Shown here in pieces: positions 1-15,000 of a stretch of DNA of 64,000 nucleotides. The stretch spans positions 62,001-126,000 of the forward strand of contig JABLTG010000003.1 of NCBI GenBank assembly GCA_016618085.1. The letters run 5' to 3'. Within the stretch, counting starts at the first letter, position 1, and each line of letters begins with the position of its first letter. The notes beneath the pieces were generated by a model, which saw only the letters and a program-made list of their open reading frames with translations, was not told where the DNA came from and did not search any database. The stretch is from Neovahlkampfia damariscottae. Taxonomy: Eukaryota. The translations under genes were made by a program, and so were the position numbers.

Positions 1-3000
1 AATATCAACTGATAAATACTCTCCAACAGAAGTAACCTCAAGTAACCAAGAGAATACTGTTGATATTGAAGCTGGTTCAAAAGCCACTTTTCTTCTCAAA
101 TCATCAGGAAGGGTTTTTGCTTGTGGAAAAAATGATGTAAAAAAAAATTAATTAAAGTTTTAAAGAGGTATCAATTAGGAGATGGCTCTGAAATCAAAAA
201 GTACACACCAGTACTTTCCTCATCTCTTGGATTGGTGAACAAAGTTTCAAATGGAGATTCCTTCACAATGGTGATTAACACAGTTGGCGGAGTCTATGGA
301 CTTGGAAAGAATAATGTATTTTTTTCTTTATTAATTTTTTTCAGAAAGGACAACTTGGTAATGGTTTAACATCATATGAAGTGTCTTCTCTTGTTGGATT
401 CACTTCACCAACCAACTTTGCTTTTGAAAAAATTTCAGCAGGCAAAGAACACACCCTTATATTGAAAAATGGATCAGTTTATTCTTATGGAAGCCAAGAA
501 GTTTTTTTTTTTTGATTTTTTTTTTAATTTTACATTAGGATGGAAGATGTGGTGATAATGACAGCTCTGGTTCAAGAAAAACACCATATTTGATTCCAAA
601 TCAATATATTATAGACATATCTGCTGGTGAGAAACACTCTTTGATTGTGAATGACCAAGGAACAGTTTTTAGTTTCGGAAAAAATGAAGTTTTTTTTTTT
701 GTTAACATCTTAATTTTAGTATGGACAATTGGGATTAGGAGATACAATCAAAAGAATAGTACCAACAATAATCTCTACAATCGATAAAATCAAAAGAGTT
801 TTTGCTGGTGGAAGATTTTCTCTTGTTTTAAGAACTACTGGTAGAGTGTATTCTTTTGGAGATCATGATTCAAATGAACTTGGAATTGGACATAACAATA
901 ATAAACAGAAACATTTATATCCTGTTATAGTATCCACTGAATATAACTATAGAATTATTGATGCTTGTGTTGGAGAACGTTTTTCATTGATAATGAATGG
1001 TACTGAAAAATAGAGTTTAATTCTTTTAGACAAAGGAAAAGTTTATTCTTTTGGAAAAAATAATGTTGGTCAACTTGGTATCGGATTTTCAAACAGAAAT
1101 GCTGATACAAGGTTGGCAAGACCACTCACTGATACAAATCAAGGGATTTTCAAAGTTGCATGTGGTTATGAACACAGTGTTGTTTTAAAATATACAGCAA
1201 GTTGTTATGGAAAGTCTCATGACAATGAAGCTGTTTGTTCTGGAAATGGGCTTTGCACTGCAACAGATACATGTTCTTGTGCCAGTGGGTATAGTGGAAC
1301 AGAATGTGCATCATATAGTTGCTTTGGAGTTTTAAGCACTGTGTCTTCTGTTTGCTCAGGCTTTGGAACTTGTTCTTCACCAAATTTGTGCAGTTGTATG
1401 GATGGACGTGATGGAACAAATTGTGAAGTTGATTTGAATCAAAATAGTTACAATCACACAAAAGTTTATTCTTTTGGAAAAAATGATTTTGGTCAATTGG
1501 CTATTGGAACTACTGAAGATACAAGTATTCCAACCAAAGTTACTTTGAACAATTATGGAATTACAAACATATATTCTGGTGAAAGTCATGTATTTATGAA
1601 AAATCATTTGTCAAAAATGTATTCTGCAGGAAATAATCAAGTTTACCCACTTTTTTATTTTACTCTTCATAGTATGGCGAGTTATTGTTAGAACAAGATT
1701 TTACTTATCAAACAACACTCAAGAAAGTTCAAAGACCATTCTATGAAATCATTACATCAGCAACTGGAGGAGAAAATTATTCAATGGTTTTGACAAATAA
1801 TGGAGTGTATTCTGTTGGAAATGGAGATGTATGTTTTTATCATTAAACAATTTTTAGTTGGGAAGGTTAGGTATTTCAAGTACAGAGAACGTTTTGATTC
1901 CAATTTTAGTTACTGGAACCAATGGCGTGACTCAAATAAGTTCATCTCAACATTCATTGATTTTATTTAATGATGGAACAGTAAAATCATTTGGAAAGAA
2001 TGCGAATGGAAGATTGGGTGATGGATCCACTACAAACAGAAATTCACCTGTGCCCCTGGATGGAAGTGCTCTCAACATTTCTCAAATTTCAGCTGGAGGT
2101 GCTCATTCTGTCATACTTGATGTTGATGGGTACGTGTACAGTTTTGGATATAACATTGTACTTTTTTTTGGTTGTTAACTATTTTAGGATGGCCAATTAG
2201 GTGATGGAACTAATACTGACAAAAGGACTAGAGTTCAGATTACTGGTATCAATAAAATTAAGTCGATTGCTGCAGGAGGTCGTTTCAGTTTGTTGTTGGA
2301 TGTGGATGGTCAAGTTCTCTCAATGGGAAGTAATGGAGTAAGAATCAAATGTTTACAACTTTAACTTATAAGTATGGACAAATAGGGATGGAAAATGATT
2401 TCAACAATAGAATTGTTCCTACAATGGTGTTTAATGGAAATAATGTCACTCAAATAGCTGTAGGAAATGCTCACTCAATTATTGTTAAAAGGTAACATAG
2501 TTATTATCTAATAATGTCATGTAGTACTGGTATTGCGTATGGGTTTGGATTAAACGGGAATGGGCAACTTGGAATACCTGGAAATACTAAAAATCAAAAA
2601 CATCCTAGTATTCTAGTCAGATCACATGGACCTGTAATCTCTGTTTCTGCAAAAACGTATTCTACTTGGATGATTGTTGATGAGTCAATTAGTTGTTTTG
2701 GAAAAACATCTGCAGATCCGACAGTATGCAATGGAAATGGTGTTTGTGCCTCCAAAGATATATGTACATGTGACAACAGATATTCTGGGCTACAATGTGA
2801 ATTTTGGTCTTGCCATGGCTTGAACACCTCAAATCCACTAGTTTGCTCAGGTATTAAACAAGGAACGTGTGAATCACCCGATCTTTGTTTATGTACGAAG
2901 TTATTTGACGGAAAAGAATGTGATCAAAATATTACTAAACTTTACACTGCATATTCATTTGGAATTAACACATACGGACAAATTGGAGATGGCTCAGTGG

Positions 3001-6000
3001 ATGATAGGACCACACCTTTTAAAATTGGTGAAAATATCACAGGGATAACATCCCTTGGTGTTGGTGATTCAAGTGTTTATGCTTTCACAGAAGCACGTAG
3101 AGGATTCAGTTGTGGAAGAAATGAATACTCTGAATTATTAGATGAAAACTATCAACAAAGCAAAAGACTGAAAGAAATTGATCCTCAAAATTTTGATATA
3201 TCCCAAATATCAGCTGGAGATGAATACGTTTTAATGATAAAAACTTCTGGTGTTGGTTATGGAATTGGAAAAAATGAAGTAGGACAATTGGGTGTTGGAT
3301 CTATCGGACATAAAACTACATTAATACCATTTGACATGATCAATAATAACAACATTACCAAAGTTGCAGCATATAATGTTCATTCTATTATCCTGAGAGA
3401 TGGTGCTGTGTATTCATTTGGAGAAGGAAAACGCCGAAGGTTAGGTTTAGGAAGTTCAGAGGATGACAAATCATCACCAACACTAATAACAACAAGCATA
3501 GGAACCACAATTGATATTTGTGTAGGAAGTGAACATTCTCTCTTGTTAAATAATGAAGGAAAAGTGTTTTCTTTTGGTCACAATAAAGTAGAACTGATTC
3601 AATTACTAAATTTTTCTAAAGTATGGACAAACAGGGCAAGGAACAACAAGTGGCGATACAGAAATACCAACTGCAGTGAAAGGATTTTATAATCAAGATA
3701 TTATTAAAATATCTTGTGGGGGAGATCATTCTGTGATGTTGAATAAATATGGAGAAGTATTTTCATTTGGAAGAGCTTCGGTAAATGAAATTAAATTCTA
3801 AATTACTCATAGAAAGGTGAAATGGGAGATGGGTATAATCCCATTGCTCAATTATTTCCTGTGAAATCTTATAGTCCTTTCAATATTATTGACATTGCAG
3901 CAGGACATCATTTCACATTAATTCTAAAAGAAAATGGAAAGCTCTATTCATTTGGAGAAAATTCAAACGGACAGTTAGGTATTGGTCATAAATTGTCACC
4001 ACAAAATACACCTCAACAAATTGCTATTGGTAATATCGTGGAAATCAATGCAGGCAAAGATATGTCGTTAATTTTACAATCTAATCATAATTGCTCAGGT
4101 AGATCATATGATGATCCTGTTGTTTGTTCTGGACGTGGAATTTGTGATTCTCTAAATCATTGTTCCTGTCCGAAAGAATATCATGGAGATGAATGTCAGT
4201 TCACAACATGCCATGGTAAAAATTCATCAGATCCTACTGTTTGCTCATCTCATGGAAAATGTGATTTACTTGATGAATGCACATGTAACACTGGATATTC
4301 AGGTCTACAGTGCGAATTAAACTACAACACAGAAATCCATACACTTGTACATGCATCAGGAGAAAAAAATGAAGGTCAGTTAGGTGACGGTTCCAATTCA
4401 ACATCCCCTACAACAACATTTCAATTGGTGTCAACTGAAAACCACTTTGTCTCAAAAATTTTTGCTGGATTCGAAAATTCTTTCTTAGTCAAAAATTTCT
4501 CAAGAAAGGTTTTCGGTTTTGGAAAAAATTCAAAAGGAGAGTTGAATGACGGAACAACTTTAAGAAGAACACTTCCAGTGATTATGAATGACCAAAGAAA
4601 TGAAATCGAATTTGTTTCCTCATCCGGTGAAGAATTTATGTTAATTTTATACAAAAATAAAAATGTGTTTGGTGTTGGAGAAAATGGAATGGGACAACTT
4701 GGTGTCGGTCATAAAGCGGATATTCATACATTGCAACCAATGATTGGAACAAACTATGACGTAAAAAAAATATGTACAGGCTACCAACACTCAATGGTTC
4801 TAAAAGATAACACCAAAGTTTATACTTTTGGGAGAAATGATGTAAATTTATTCATTTTTGACAATCTTATAAGGAAAAACAACTTGGTCAAGGAAATGTA
4901 CAAGAACAAATCCAACCTGTGGAAATTTCCAATTCTCATACAAATATTATTGAAATTGCTTGTGGACAAAAGCATAATTTAATTTTAAAAAATGATGGTC
5001 ATGCTTATGGATTTGGAAGCAACCAGTATGGTCAATTAGGTAAAAATTATTTTTTAATGTATATTTATGTATTAGGTATTGGTTCATCTAACAATGAAAA
5101 AGATATAGCAACTCTTGTTGATCAAGATGCTGGAGGTGGGTTTTTAGTAAAGCACATTTTTGCTGGTGAATACTTTTCGATGCTTATAACCAGAACAGGT
5201 TCTTTGATGTCTTTTGGGAACAATAACGCATATCAACTGGGTATTGGAAATACTAATTCCAACACTAATGTGCCTACTCTAGTTTCATTTTCCGAAAAAA
5301 TTTACAAAGTTGTTTGTGGTGGGTTTCACAGTGCAATTATTACCACCACTGGAAAGCTTTATACATTTGGAAATAATCATGTAATATTTTTTTAACCATT
5401 AATACTTGTAGCTGGGACAATTAGCGACTGGAGATACAACTCATCGATATGTACCTACATTGAATTCATTATCCCCTGTCATGGATATCGCAGTTGGTCA
5501 CAGACATACTCTTGCTCTCCAATCTCGTTTCAGTTGTGCTGGAAAGGCATATGATAATACAACAATATGCTCTGGAAAAGGTATTTGTGTTGGTACTGAT
5601 ACATGCGTTTGTGATCCTGATCGTTTTGGAAATGATTGTCAATTCTATACTTGCTTTGAAATAGCACAAACTGATCCAAGTGTTTGTTCAGGGAGAGGAA
5701 CTTGTATAACTACTGACAACTGCGTTTGCAAAACAGGTTCATCTGGTATTAATTGTCAAGATTACACTTGTTTTTCTGTGAATTCAACTTTGGCAAACGT
5801 CTGTTCTTCACAAGGAACTTGCATTGAAATTGACACATGTTCATGTAATTTGACATATTTAGGAAGCAATTGTGAAACTAAAATTGGTAAATATTGATTT
5901 CCACTCATTTTTTAGATCCTCGCATTATTTATCCAATTTCAAGTCAAATTTTGACAACTTCTACTCAAATATTCAAATTGAATTCAACCACTACAATCGA

Positions 6001-9000
6001 AAGTATCATAAAAGATAATTTGGAATGTCGGATTGGAAATAAAACAACAAAAATTGTAGTGATCAATGAATACATGTTGCAATGTGAAGTGACTGTTAAT
6101 AACCCAGAGGATATTTTAACAATATGGTACTCAGGAAATCAATCATTCATTTTGACTACAAATTCGATTAAATTGATGCGTTTTGGTAAAATTTTACTTT
6201 TCATTGATTTTTGAATAGAAAATGTCACAATTGGTTACAATTCAACTTCTCAAGTTGGTCTTACAAAGAATGATAATAATATTCATGTGGAATTTATTAA
6301 TACTATTCCTTCATATTATCAATCGCGTATTTATTGCTCGATTAATGATTCACTGGTTAAGACAACTCAAATTGATCAAAATGTCTTTACCTGTTTAATG
6401 AATGTAGAAAAGGATGATATTTATGCAATTGGTTTGAAATTCATTTCGCCAAATCAATTTTTCCTTTCAAACATTCCAGGTTATTTTCAAGAAAAATATA
6501 CAATCAATATTAGTTCTACTTTGAATAAATTAGATGTGGTGTCGCTTCAATTGAATACTCAGGGATTAATTGATAAAAAAATGATGAAAGAAAATTGTGA
6601 AGATTTGACAGTTACTTATAAAGATCAACCAATTGCCAGACAAGTTGAAAACTGCAACAATTTACAGACATCAATTTCTTTTGTGATTGAAGAGAATTCC
6701 GAATTTACCCAAGAATACTCAATTTACTATAACAATGAATTTCAAGTTGTTACCAATATCACAATTTCTGGTGATCCAAAAATTGTCAGTAGCTCTTTCA
6801 TAAAAGTAAATAATACTATTTGGTCTTTATCAGCCAATGAATTGAAATTTAGAGCAGTTCCTTTCGTCACTATTGACAAAGTTACACCAGAACTAGGTTT
6901 AATCACTACGAAAAATGTTACTTTGACTTCAAATATTGCAATTAATAATCTTGGATATTTGGATTATCAACTCATTGACGGTGAAAGTGAATATCCTGCT
7001 GTAATGAATTCCAACAATTTTTATTCATACATTTCCTCAAATGTCTCCCAAAAGTTAAATATATCAATATATGCAGTGCACAAGACTACAAAGGAGAAAT
7101 TGTTAGTTTCATCCTCTTCTTCTTTTTATTTCTGGAGTATTCACAGCTTTCTGAAATTCTAATTTTTTTGTAGGTTCACTTAATTTGGTAGAATTATACC
7201 CATTTGTTGATAAGTTTAACATTTCATCACCAAAGAAAACAAAAACTATATCTGTTCGTTCAAATGAAGATATTCTATCCGATTACAAGCTTTTTTGCAA
7301 ATTCACTTTCAAATCAAACGTGACTTATGCTAAAGGCACCAAGTTCAATCAAAATTTAATCAAATGTGATTTATCAGTTGATCTTTCTTTGAACACTGAA
7401 GTGATTAACGTTGGATTAACATTAAATCAATCCAATAATATGATTGATCTTCATGTGAAATCTGCTGCCTATGTCTTCATCAAAGAACCAATTTCATTGA
7501 ATGGATTGAACAAAACTTTGTTGCCAACTGATTATGAAAAATATTTCACCTTGGACTTTGATGATGTTAGACATTCTGAACTTGTTAGTTTCAGTAATTA
7601 TTCATATATCATGAATCCAGAATTACATTCATCAATTATGGTGAATTGCTCATTTAATTCAACTGCAAGATGTGTAGTTCCTGAATTCCAGTTCAAATAT
7701 GTGCCAGTTAAAATTTCATCATCTTTGAAAATTCATTCTCAATTTCATTCAGAACCATTTTCAATTAATGTGGATGCACTTTTTCACAAAGGTAAATGAT
7801 TTTTTCTTCTTAATTATTCAGAACCCGTTTCAATTTCTCAAGAATATCCATACTTGATTGATTTAGATAGTTACATCAAAAATTCAATTTCAATCACATT
7901 CAACACAACAAAGTCTTTGAATCCTGCATATCCATTTCATTGTAAGTATCAATCTTTTACTACCAAAGCTGAACTTATCAATTTCTCACAATTCAAATGT
8001 GACTTCTTTTCAAATGTGCACTTGTTAGATTATGATGTTTCTCTTTATCTTAATGATTCAAATTCAATTGGTTTGGATGGAAGGATTTCAAATATTCCTA
8101 ATATTCGTTTCTCAAGTAAGTTTTTGTTTCACCTAATTCGAAGAAATATTGTATCAACCAAATTTTGTTGAAATCAATGGAAAAGAACTAATCAAACTTA
8201 TTCAAAATACTACTGAGCTTACAATACCAGTTAAATACCAAGGAAACACATTTGAAGTCATTACAGTTGAAAATGGAATCAAATATGGATGCTCTGTGAT
8301 CAATTCAAGTTTATATTGTCAAAAAGAAGTAATTAATGCTTTCAGTTCATCAGATATTTACTTTTTGAGATTTAATATTCTCCAAAATAATTTGGAATTG
8401 ACAAAAATAGCTTATCCATTATTGGTTTTCAGTAAGATTCATTTTATTCTTCTTATATTACAGAAAACAATACAATACAATCAATACTTCCTTTGGCAAC
8501 GTTAATCAATTCAGAAGCAAATTTAACAGTTGTTGTTGACAAAAATACCTTTTTACGAAATATATCCGTAAGTTCAGATATTTATTGTAAAGATTCAAAT
8601 TCACATAAATGGAAAGCAATAGTAAATTCAAGGAAAGAAGTCAATTGCAAGATTCCCTATAGCGATCACAACACAACAACAACAAATATTGAAGTTGTTT
8701 TATCAGTACCGAGTTACACTCCAAATGATATATCATTGACAATGAACACAATTCCGTTGTACTATTTGACACAAAATTCAATCTCATTTAGTTCATTTAT
8801 TGAACCACAATTTGAATATACATCAACTATTTTATCAGTCAGTGTCACCATTGATACATTCATTCCGGAAAGTTTGAAGAAGAAAATAGTTTGTAGGTTA
8901 TCTGATTCAAATTTTGATCACATCACATACTTTTCATATTCAAACGGTAATATTCATAGCATCATTTGTAATTTCACAACTGATATTCCTGGAGCAAAAA

Positions 9001-12000
9001 ACATGTCCATTTATTACAAAGATGATTTTCATGAATTTTCAATTTCAAATAACAGCTTAGAATTGATATTTGTGACTCCTCAAGCTATTACTTCAATATC
9101 ACCATCCGGTATCAAAATCAACAAAACTAAAGATCTCACAATTACAACACTTTTTGATACATCTTTAGATTATGGTTTCGGTAGATTGTTTTATTGTGAG
9201 TATGGTTTAACTGGTGGCAATACAACACTCAAACCGGTTTCTTCATTTGAAGGAGGGAAATTCATTTGTACTGTCAACATTTTATCTGCAGGATCAGCTT
9301 TTTTGAAACTACATTTGAAAACAAAGGGTACCCTTAAATTCATTTCTCTCAAGACTGAAATTTTCCGAGTTGTTGATGGCAATATTCTTGAACCTTCATT
9401 TGGAACACCTGAAGGAGGAAAGACTCTAAGAATCAATGATTATGAACTCCCTGTTTCTTTTAATGCTATTTTTAAAAAAGAATCGTTATCAACTTATCAA
9501 TTTAATTGCTCGAAAAATGGAACAGTTTTGATTTGTACGACACCAAAAATTTTAAACAATGACATGCTTCCATTTTCATCTGAATTCTTACAGTTGACAA
9601 ATAACAATAGCATTTCAAGTTCTTACATCTTATATGGTACATTTTTTAATTCATCAGTAAATTTTTTAGAACAGAGAAATATTCAAGAATTTAACCCTAA
9701 GGTCATTCCTGCAACAGTTGGATCAGTTGAAATTGATCTGATATTATCAAATCAAACAAAATTATACGAAGGAAATTTGTTTTTGGTTTTAGCTGAATTT
9801 ACAAAATTTGAAGCAAGATATAATCTTGGAAACTTTTCAACTCCATCTCAGACACTTTCCCAAATTGTTGATTCAATATCAAGTGGAGTTTATAAATTAC
9901 AAATTTCATATTTTCATCCAGAGAGTTTTGAACTTGGATCAATGTTCAGAATTTCCGAACAAGTAAATATTACTTTCACTGGAGTTTCATCAATTCAACT
10001 TGTTACTTCAAAAGATATCTTTTATTTGAATAATAATGAAAATATCACCGTTGAAATAACCACAATTGATTCGTTGAAATTGAATGAAATGCAAAAGAAT
10101 TTCATTCGTTGTAAACTTGATAATCAAATTCTACCTACGACAAGGTTGGGAAGCAATCAATTTATATGTTCATTGACTTCAAATTCTGCTAAAGATAGTA
10201 GAATTTCGATGGTCTACCAAAATTCAGATGCACATAACAATCAAGTATTACTCTCAAGCAACTCAATTCAAATTTTGTTCATTGAAAAAGTGATTATTCA
10301 TTCAATCACTCCATTTTCAACTCTTGAAAGTGAAATAAGGGTTTTATTGAATACTACATCAAATTTGAATTATGATGCCACTTATCAATGTAATTTTGGT
10401 GTAAACAAATTTTCTGCTTTGAAAATAACAACTAACATTTTTGAATGCAACGTTACTAAAGGATTTATCAATCAATATGCAACAAATGTCACTTTAGATA
10501 TTGTTTCTATTGGTAAAAAATTGAAAATTCCTCTTTCTGAGAATTCTGTTGAATTTTATTTTATGAGTAAGATATTTTCTTCATTAATTTAATCCAGATC
10601 AAATTGAAATCATATCAATCAGTCCTCATGTGTTAGAGTTTGCATCTGCTCCATTTCTGTTGTCAAAAACAATTACAATGAATTTGAAAACTGATTTACT
10701 TGTCAAGAGAACTGTTTTCTGTAAATTCACAACTAATGATGGCACTATATCATTTTCAGAAGTTCATTTTGTCTCAACTTTCAATTCAAAACAGATCTAT
10801 TGTCTCTTTACAAAAAATTTAAGTGTGAACACTGTTCAACATTTTGATGTTCAATTATTCATGCAGCCATCAAATTCTTATGAATTTATATTAAGTTCAA
10901 ATAATGATACAGCTTTGATACTGCCAAATTTAATTCATTGGAAAACAAGTAGATTAGTTCATTTGAAAGATTCTTTCATAATGCTTGATTTTATGATACC
11001 TAATCGAAAATTCATTTACGAAATTCATTCAATGGCAATCATCAATGGATCACTTTCAACAATGTTATCATGCACATTCGATTATTTCTCTAGTCCAAAT
11101 TGTACAATCCCAATTGATTATTTGAACAATTTGAAAACTGTTCCATTAAATTTGAATTTTACTTATCATATATCTCATAAGAATTCAAATATTACTCAAT
11201 ATGTTTCAATTGATGATGTAGTTTATTATCAAGATATCATTTTTCAACATTTGAAACCTTTTGTTGTATCACCATTTGAAAGAAAATATAATCCTGTTAG
11301 AGTAATTTCTAATGTTAATTATGCATTGAACAATGAACATTTTTCAATATTTTCAAATGTTTCGTCAAATGGAATTAGCAAACTGATTTTAACAACATAT
11401 CATATTTCAAATGATGAATTGGAATCCAATTTGACAACAAAAGGTCATTTAGCATTTTCATTCAATACCTTTGGAAATGAAGATAATGTATATGATGTAC
11501 AAATAACTTTCAAATCTGCCTTTGGAGATGCTATTCTCACACCAAAAGCACACAAAATTTATTCAATTGTATCTCCAATTTATCAACCAACATTTGGACC
11601 TGATTCTGGAGAATTTGATATCAAAATTCCATTCAAACAACCAAATATTAACTATGATGGATATAATTATACAATTCAAACTTTGGTTGATGGAACTCAT
11701 GTTCAAGTAGGAAATTGTAATTTGAACTTGACAAATTTGGACTGTCACATTTTATCAACTCAACATTTATCCAAATCAAGATTATTTTTTAAACTCAAAT
11801 TTGAAGTTTTCATTAACAATGTCAGAGCATTGGGTTTAACTCCGTATTTCACATTCTATAAAGGAATTACAATTTCTGAATTTAGTCCAACCACAGTATT
11901 TAAAATTCACGGAGATGGGTATTTTCATTTGACAACATCAACATTTGTTGAAAAATTTGGTTCATTTACTATCAGGTACTCAATGAATGAAACAATTCTT

Positions 12001-15000
12001 GAAGAAAGTTGTGTGACCAAATCTCCAACAAAGTTATTGTGCAAAGTTCCTTCATTTAACAAAACTTCTGATGTATCAATGAAAATTTCTCAAGGAGGAT
12101 ATATTTATCAAAGTATTGGAATGAAATTGTCTACTTATGATCCTTCAAATATTACATTTGATGGATTTTCACCTTCAACAATTAGTTATTCATCACAAAC
12201 AATAATTTTTGTTTCAGGGACAAATTTCTTCAATGCTCCAAATATTACAATTAAAGTTCATGATGTTTATGTTACCAAATTTATCAAGGGAATATATGTG
12301 AGCAATACACTCATCAAAGCAGAAATGAATCCTCTGTATGATTTAGATATTGCTTTCCCTCGTGAATTATCAATATCTTTATCATTAGATGGCGGTCTAC
12401 ATTACTTTACACATTCCAAGCATTTAACAGTTACCAGATCAAAGAAAATTGAATTCATTCCAAAATTTGTTCCGACTGTTGGTAAAACTCTTGGAATTGT
12501 AGTCAAGAATTTCCCAAGTGATTTATTTTTCAATTCAACGAAATTTGATGTGAAATACTATTTGACTCAAAATGAATCAAACAAGGTTGAAATATTCTGT
12601 TCATACAATTTTGATTTGCAGTGTAATTTGACTTCTACTTTGATACAAGGATACTACAAATTAAAAGTCAGTTTGATGGATGAAAATGATAAAACAACTG
12701 AAATATTTATCAACACAAATGATATTTATGCCTATGATCTTCAAGTTTCAAAAATTGAACCACAGAGATTATTGTTGAATAAAGACACACAAGTCAAGGT
12801 TGTTGGAAGTTGGACAAATTCAATTTTCAGAAACGTTTTATTTAGAATAACTTATCAAAAAGGTGGAAGTCTATTTGCTACTCCTTCAACTGCTGTTGTC
12901 AAGATGAATGCCACTGTATCAGATCACACAATTTCAACAATATTACCCAAATTTGAAGACTTCACAGTTTCGGATGTCAAAATTGAATTCTCTTTCAATG
13001 ATTTCAATTATCATTCTATGGATTTTATAGGGAAACTATCCTTGTATGAGATCAATTCAATTGTAAATCTTGATGGAAGAGATAATAATTTTTTAACATT
13101 TTCAAATTCAAGAGGAAAATTTATTGGGAAATACTTCGTGAATACAGGAGTTGATTTGAAAATCGTGCTTGATTTGACTACAAAATTTGATCTTACCCCA
13201 TTTGCAAATATCACATACATTTCAGACACGGAAATTTCATTCATTTTTCCAAATATCTCAAGAATCAATATTCCTCATACCTTGGGTTATCCTTTAAAAA
13301 CAAAACTTGGATTATCGTTAAATGGAGGAAATGATTATATTTATGGAGAAATCAATTATCTTGATGCATTTCCACAACCTGTTTTCACTGCAATTAATCC
13401 TTCATACGCTCCAATTGGAGACAAAAATGTAACAATTTATGGAATTGATTTAGATTTGGTTTACAATTGTTCTATTTTTGATGGTTCAAATGTTTTACTT
13501 TATCAAGATAGACCAACAAATTACGAACTTGATTCAAATTTCATTACTTGTCTTATTCCAGCAAAATTTCAAACACAGAAATTAACAATCAAATTGACAA
13601 ATGAAGAAGGTGATATAAATGCAAATTCTAGAGAAATTGAATTCTACATTCCACCTGTATTGACAGAAACGATTCCAAATTCTGGAATCTCACAAGGTGG
13701 ATTCAAAGTATCAGTATTCGGAACTGGATTTCCAGAACCACCAGAAACTGTTGAAATTTCTTGTAGATTTGGAAATATTGTTTGTAGAAATCCATGTAAG
13801 TGGATATCCTCAACAAAATTAGTTTGTACTTCTGAACCTCATCCAGCTGCTTCCACTTTGTTTTCTATTTCATACAACAAAGTTGATTGGCATGACGTTA
13901 CACAATTATTCACATTCACACCTTGTGAAGCCGGAAAAACTGCATCAAGTTATACAGAAGCTTGTTTCTTGTGCCCTCCTGGAACATTCAAACCTGCTGC
14001 TGGACTTTTTGATTGCATTAAATGTGAAGAAGATACATACAATTCCTTTTCAGGATCTTTGAAATGTGATAAATGTGAAGGAAATACTACAACAAATGGT
14101 TTAACTGGTGCAATTACACACAATCAATGCATTTGTCAACCAGGTTATTATAAAAATCCGGAAACAGAAACCAGATCAAATTCTCATCAAAAATGTATTG
14201 AATGTCCTTCTGGAGCTATTTGTCCAGAATATAACACCACTGTTCCATTTGCAAAACCTGGATTTTGGAGATCAAAAACTGATTATACAACTTATTATTC
14301 ATGTTTACCTGAAGATTCTTGTGGTGGATTTGGAGCTGAAAATTGCACAGAAGGATATGCAGGAGCTCGTTGTGGTTTCTGTGATAAAAATTTCTACAGA
14401 TTCAGAAGAAGTTGCAACAAATGTGAAGAAGGAGCTTGGTTAAGATTAGTTGCTATTGGAGTTGCAATGGCATTTGTTACTGGAATATTTTTCATCTTGT
14501 CATCTACAAAAGTTCATCATATGGCTTCTATTGCCATTGCATTTTCATTTTGGCAAGTTTTATCAATGTTTGCAAGATTTGATATCCAATGGCCTTCTTT
14601 AATCGGAGGAACATTAACTGGAGCATCAACATTCAACTTTAATACTGATTTCCTCAGTCCAAATTGTATTTTTCGGGATATGGATTATATTCAATTGTGG
14701 ATTCTTCAAATGATGATGCCAATTGCATTTTTTGCATGCTTTACATTATTGTACATGTTATTGGTCACAAGATCTATCTTTGCATCAGCTTTTGGTTCAA
14801 TATTAAAATTGGTTAAGTTAAGAATCAAATATATTGCTCCACCAGCAGATGATGAATATTCTGATGAAGAAGTAGACGAAAATGGACAAACAAAAAAGAA
14901 AAAGAAAAATATCATCATGAAAGTTGTGAAATTGATAAAATCCATAATACTTGGAATCATCAGAACAATTGTAAATTTCACAATTTGGTGGTTCACAGAA

